A DNA stretch of 64,000 nucleotides from Podarcis pityusensis (lineage: Eukaryota). The stretch lies in NCBI GenBank assembly GCA_964106645.2, contig OZ067047.1. One strand, 5' to 3'. Made by a program: the position numbers and the translations under genes. The notes beneath the pieces were generated by a model. It searched no databases. It worked only from the letters and a program-made list of their open reading frames with translations, and was not told the DNA's origin. This document shows, piece by piece, positions 63,664-64,000 of this stretch (positions within the stretch are counted from its first letter, which is position 1; every line of letters starts with the position of its first letter).

Positions 63664-64000
63664 TTCCAAACAATCTTTCTGAGGTTTCAAAAGTTTCTGA
63701 GTTTTTCTTTTCTACTCCATTGTTTATCTCCTTTGATTCAAGCCTAAAGAGGTGGGAAATGAAGACTTCCTGGAGATGGAGTTTCTGCAGTTGGTCCATT
63801 AGATTGAAATTAAGTGTTGGCTAGTGCTAAGAAAAATATACTTTAGAGTAAGATTTGGCAGGACAAGGATTTGCTTAACATAATTCAGAGCTTGCATTTC
63901 CAGTTTATGGTTCTATAGTATGCATGGAGTCCCGAGGCAATAAGATGCCTTAAAGTAATACATTGGTTCTTCTTAGAGGAAAAATGAGAACTTTGACCAG

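Overview
Vertebrate genomic DNA, most likely a squamate and probably a lacertid lizard, judged from Sauria/POM-type SINEs and Squam3-like SINEs. The window holds most of one + strand gene, MICAL3 (actin methionine monooxygenase). I reconstructed 18 constitutive coding exons (18610-57479) with GT-AG boundaries and a continuous frame, encoding the FAD monooxygenase, CH domain, a basic NLS-like segment and the LIM domain. The promoter/first exon and the downstream coiled-coil/bMERB exons lie outside the window. Most notable: (1) six symmetric phase-0 cassette exons between CH/NLS and LIM, two of which share a helical motif with the constitutive exon just upstream; (2) read-through of the last exon gives a short isoform with a hydrophobic tail and a probable multi-kb 3'UTR; (3) a young Tc1/mariner (Tc2-like) element carrying a CpG-rich 118-bp tandem array of 50-bp palindromes; (4) a sense-strand Penelope-type minimal hammerhead ribozyme in an intron; (5) five upstream ATGs in the first coding exon. 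The introns otherwise contain ordinary reptile repeats (L2, CR1, RTE-like, SINEs, hAT/Harbinger-like MITEs). I found no prokaryote-type system such as CRISPR or an operon. Orthologue and repeat-family comparisons come from memory, not database searches.
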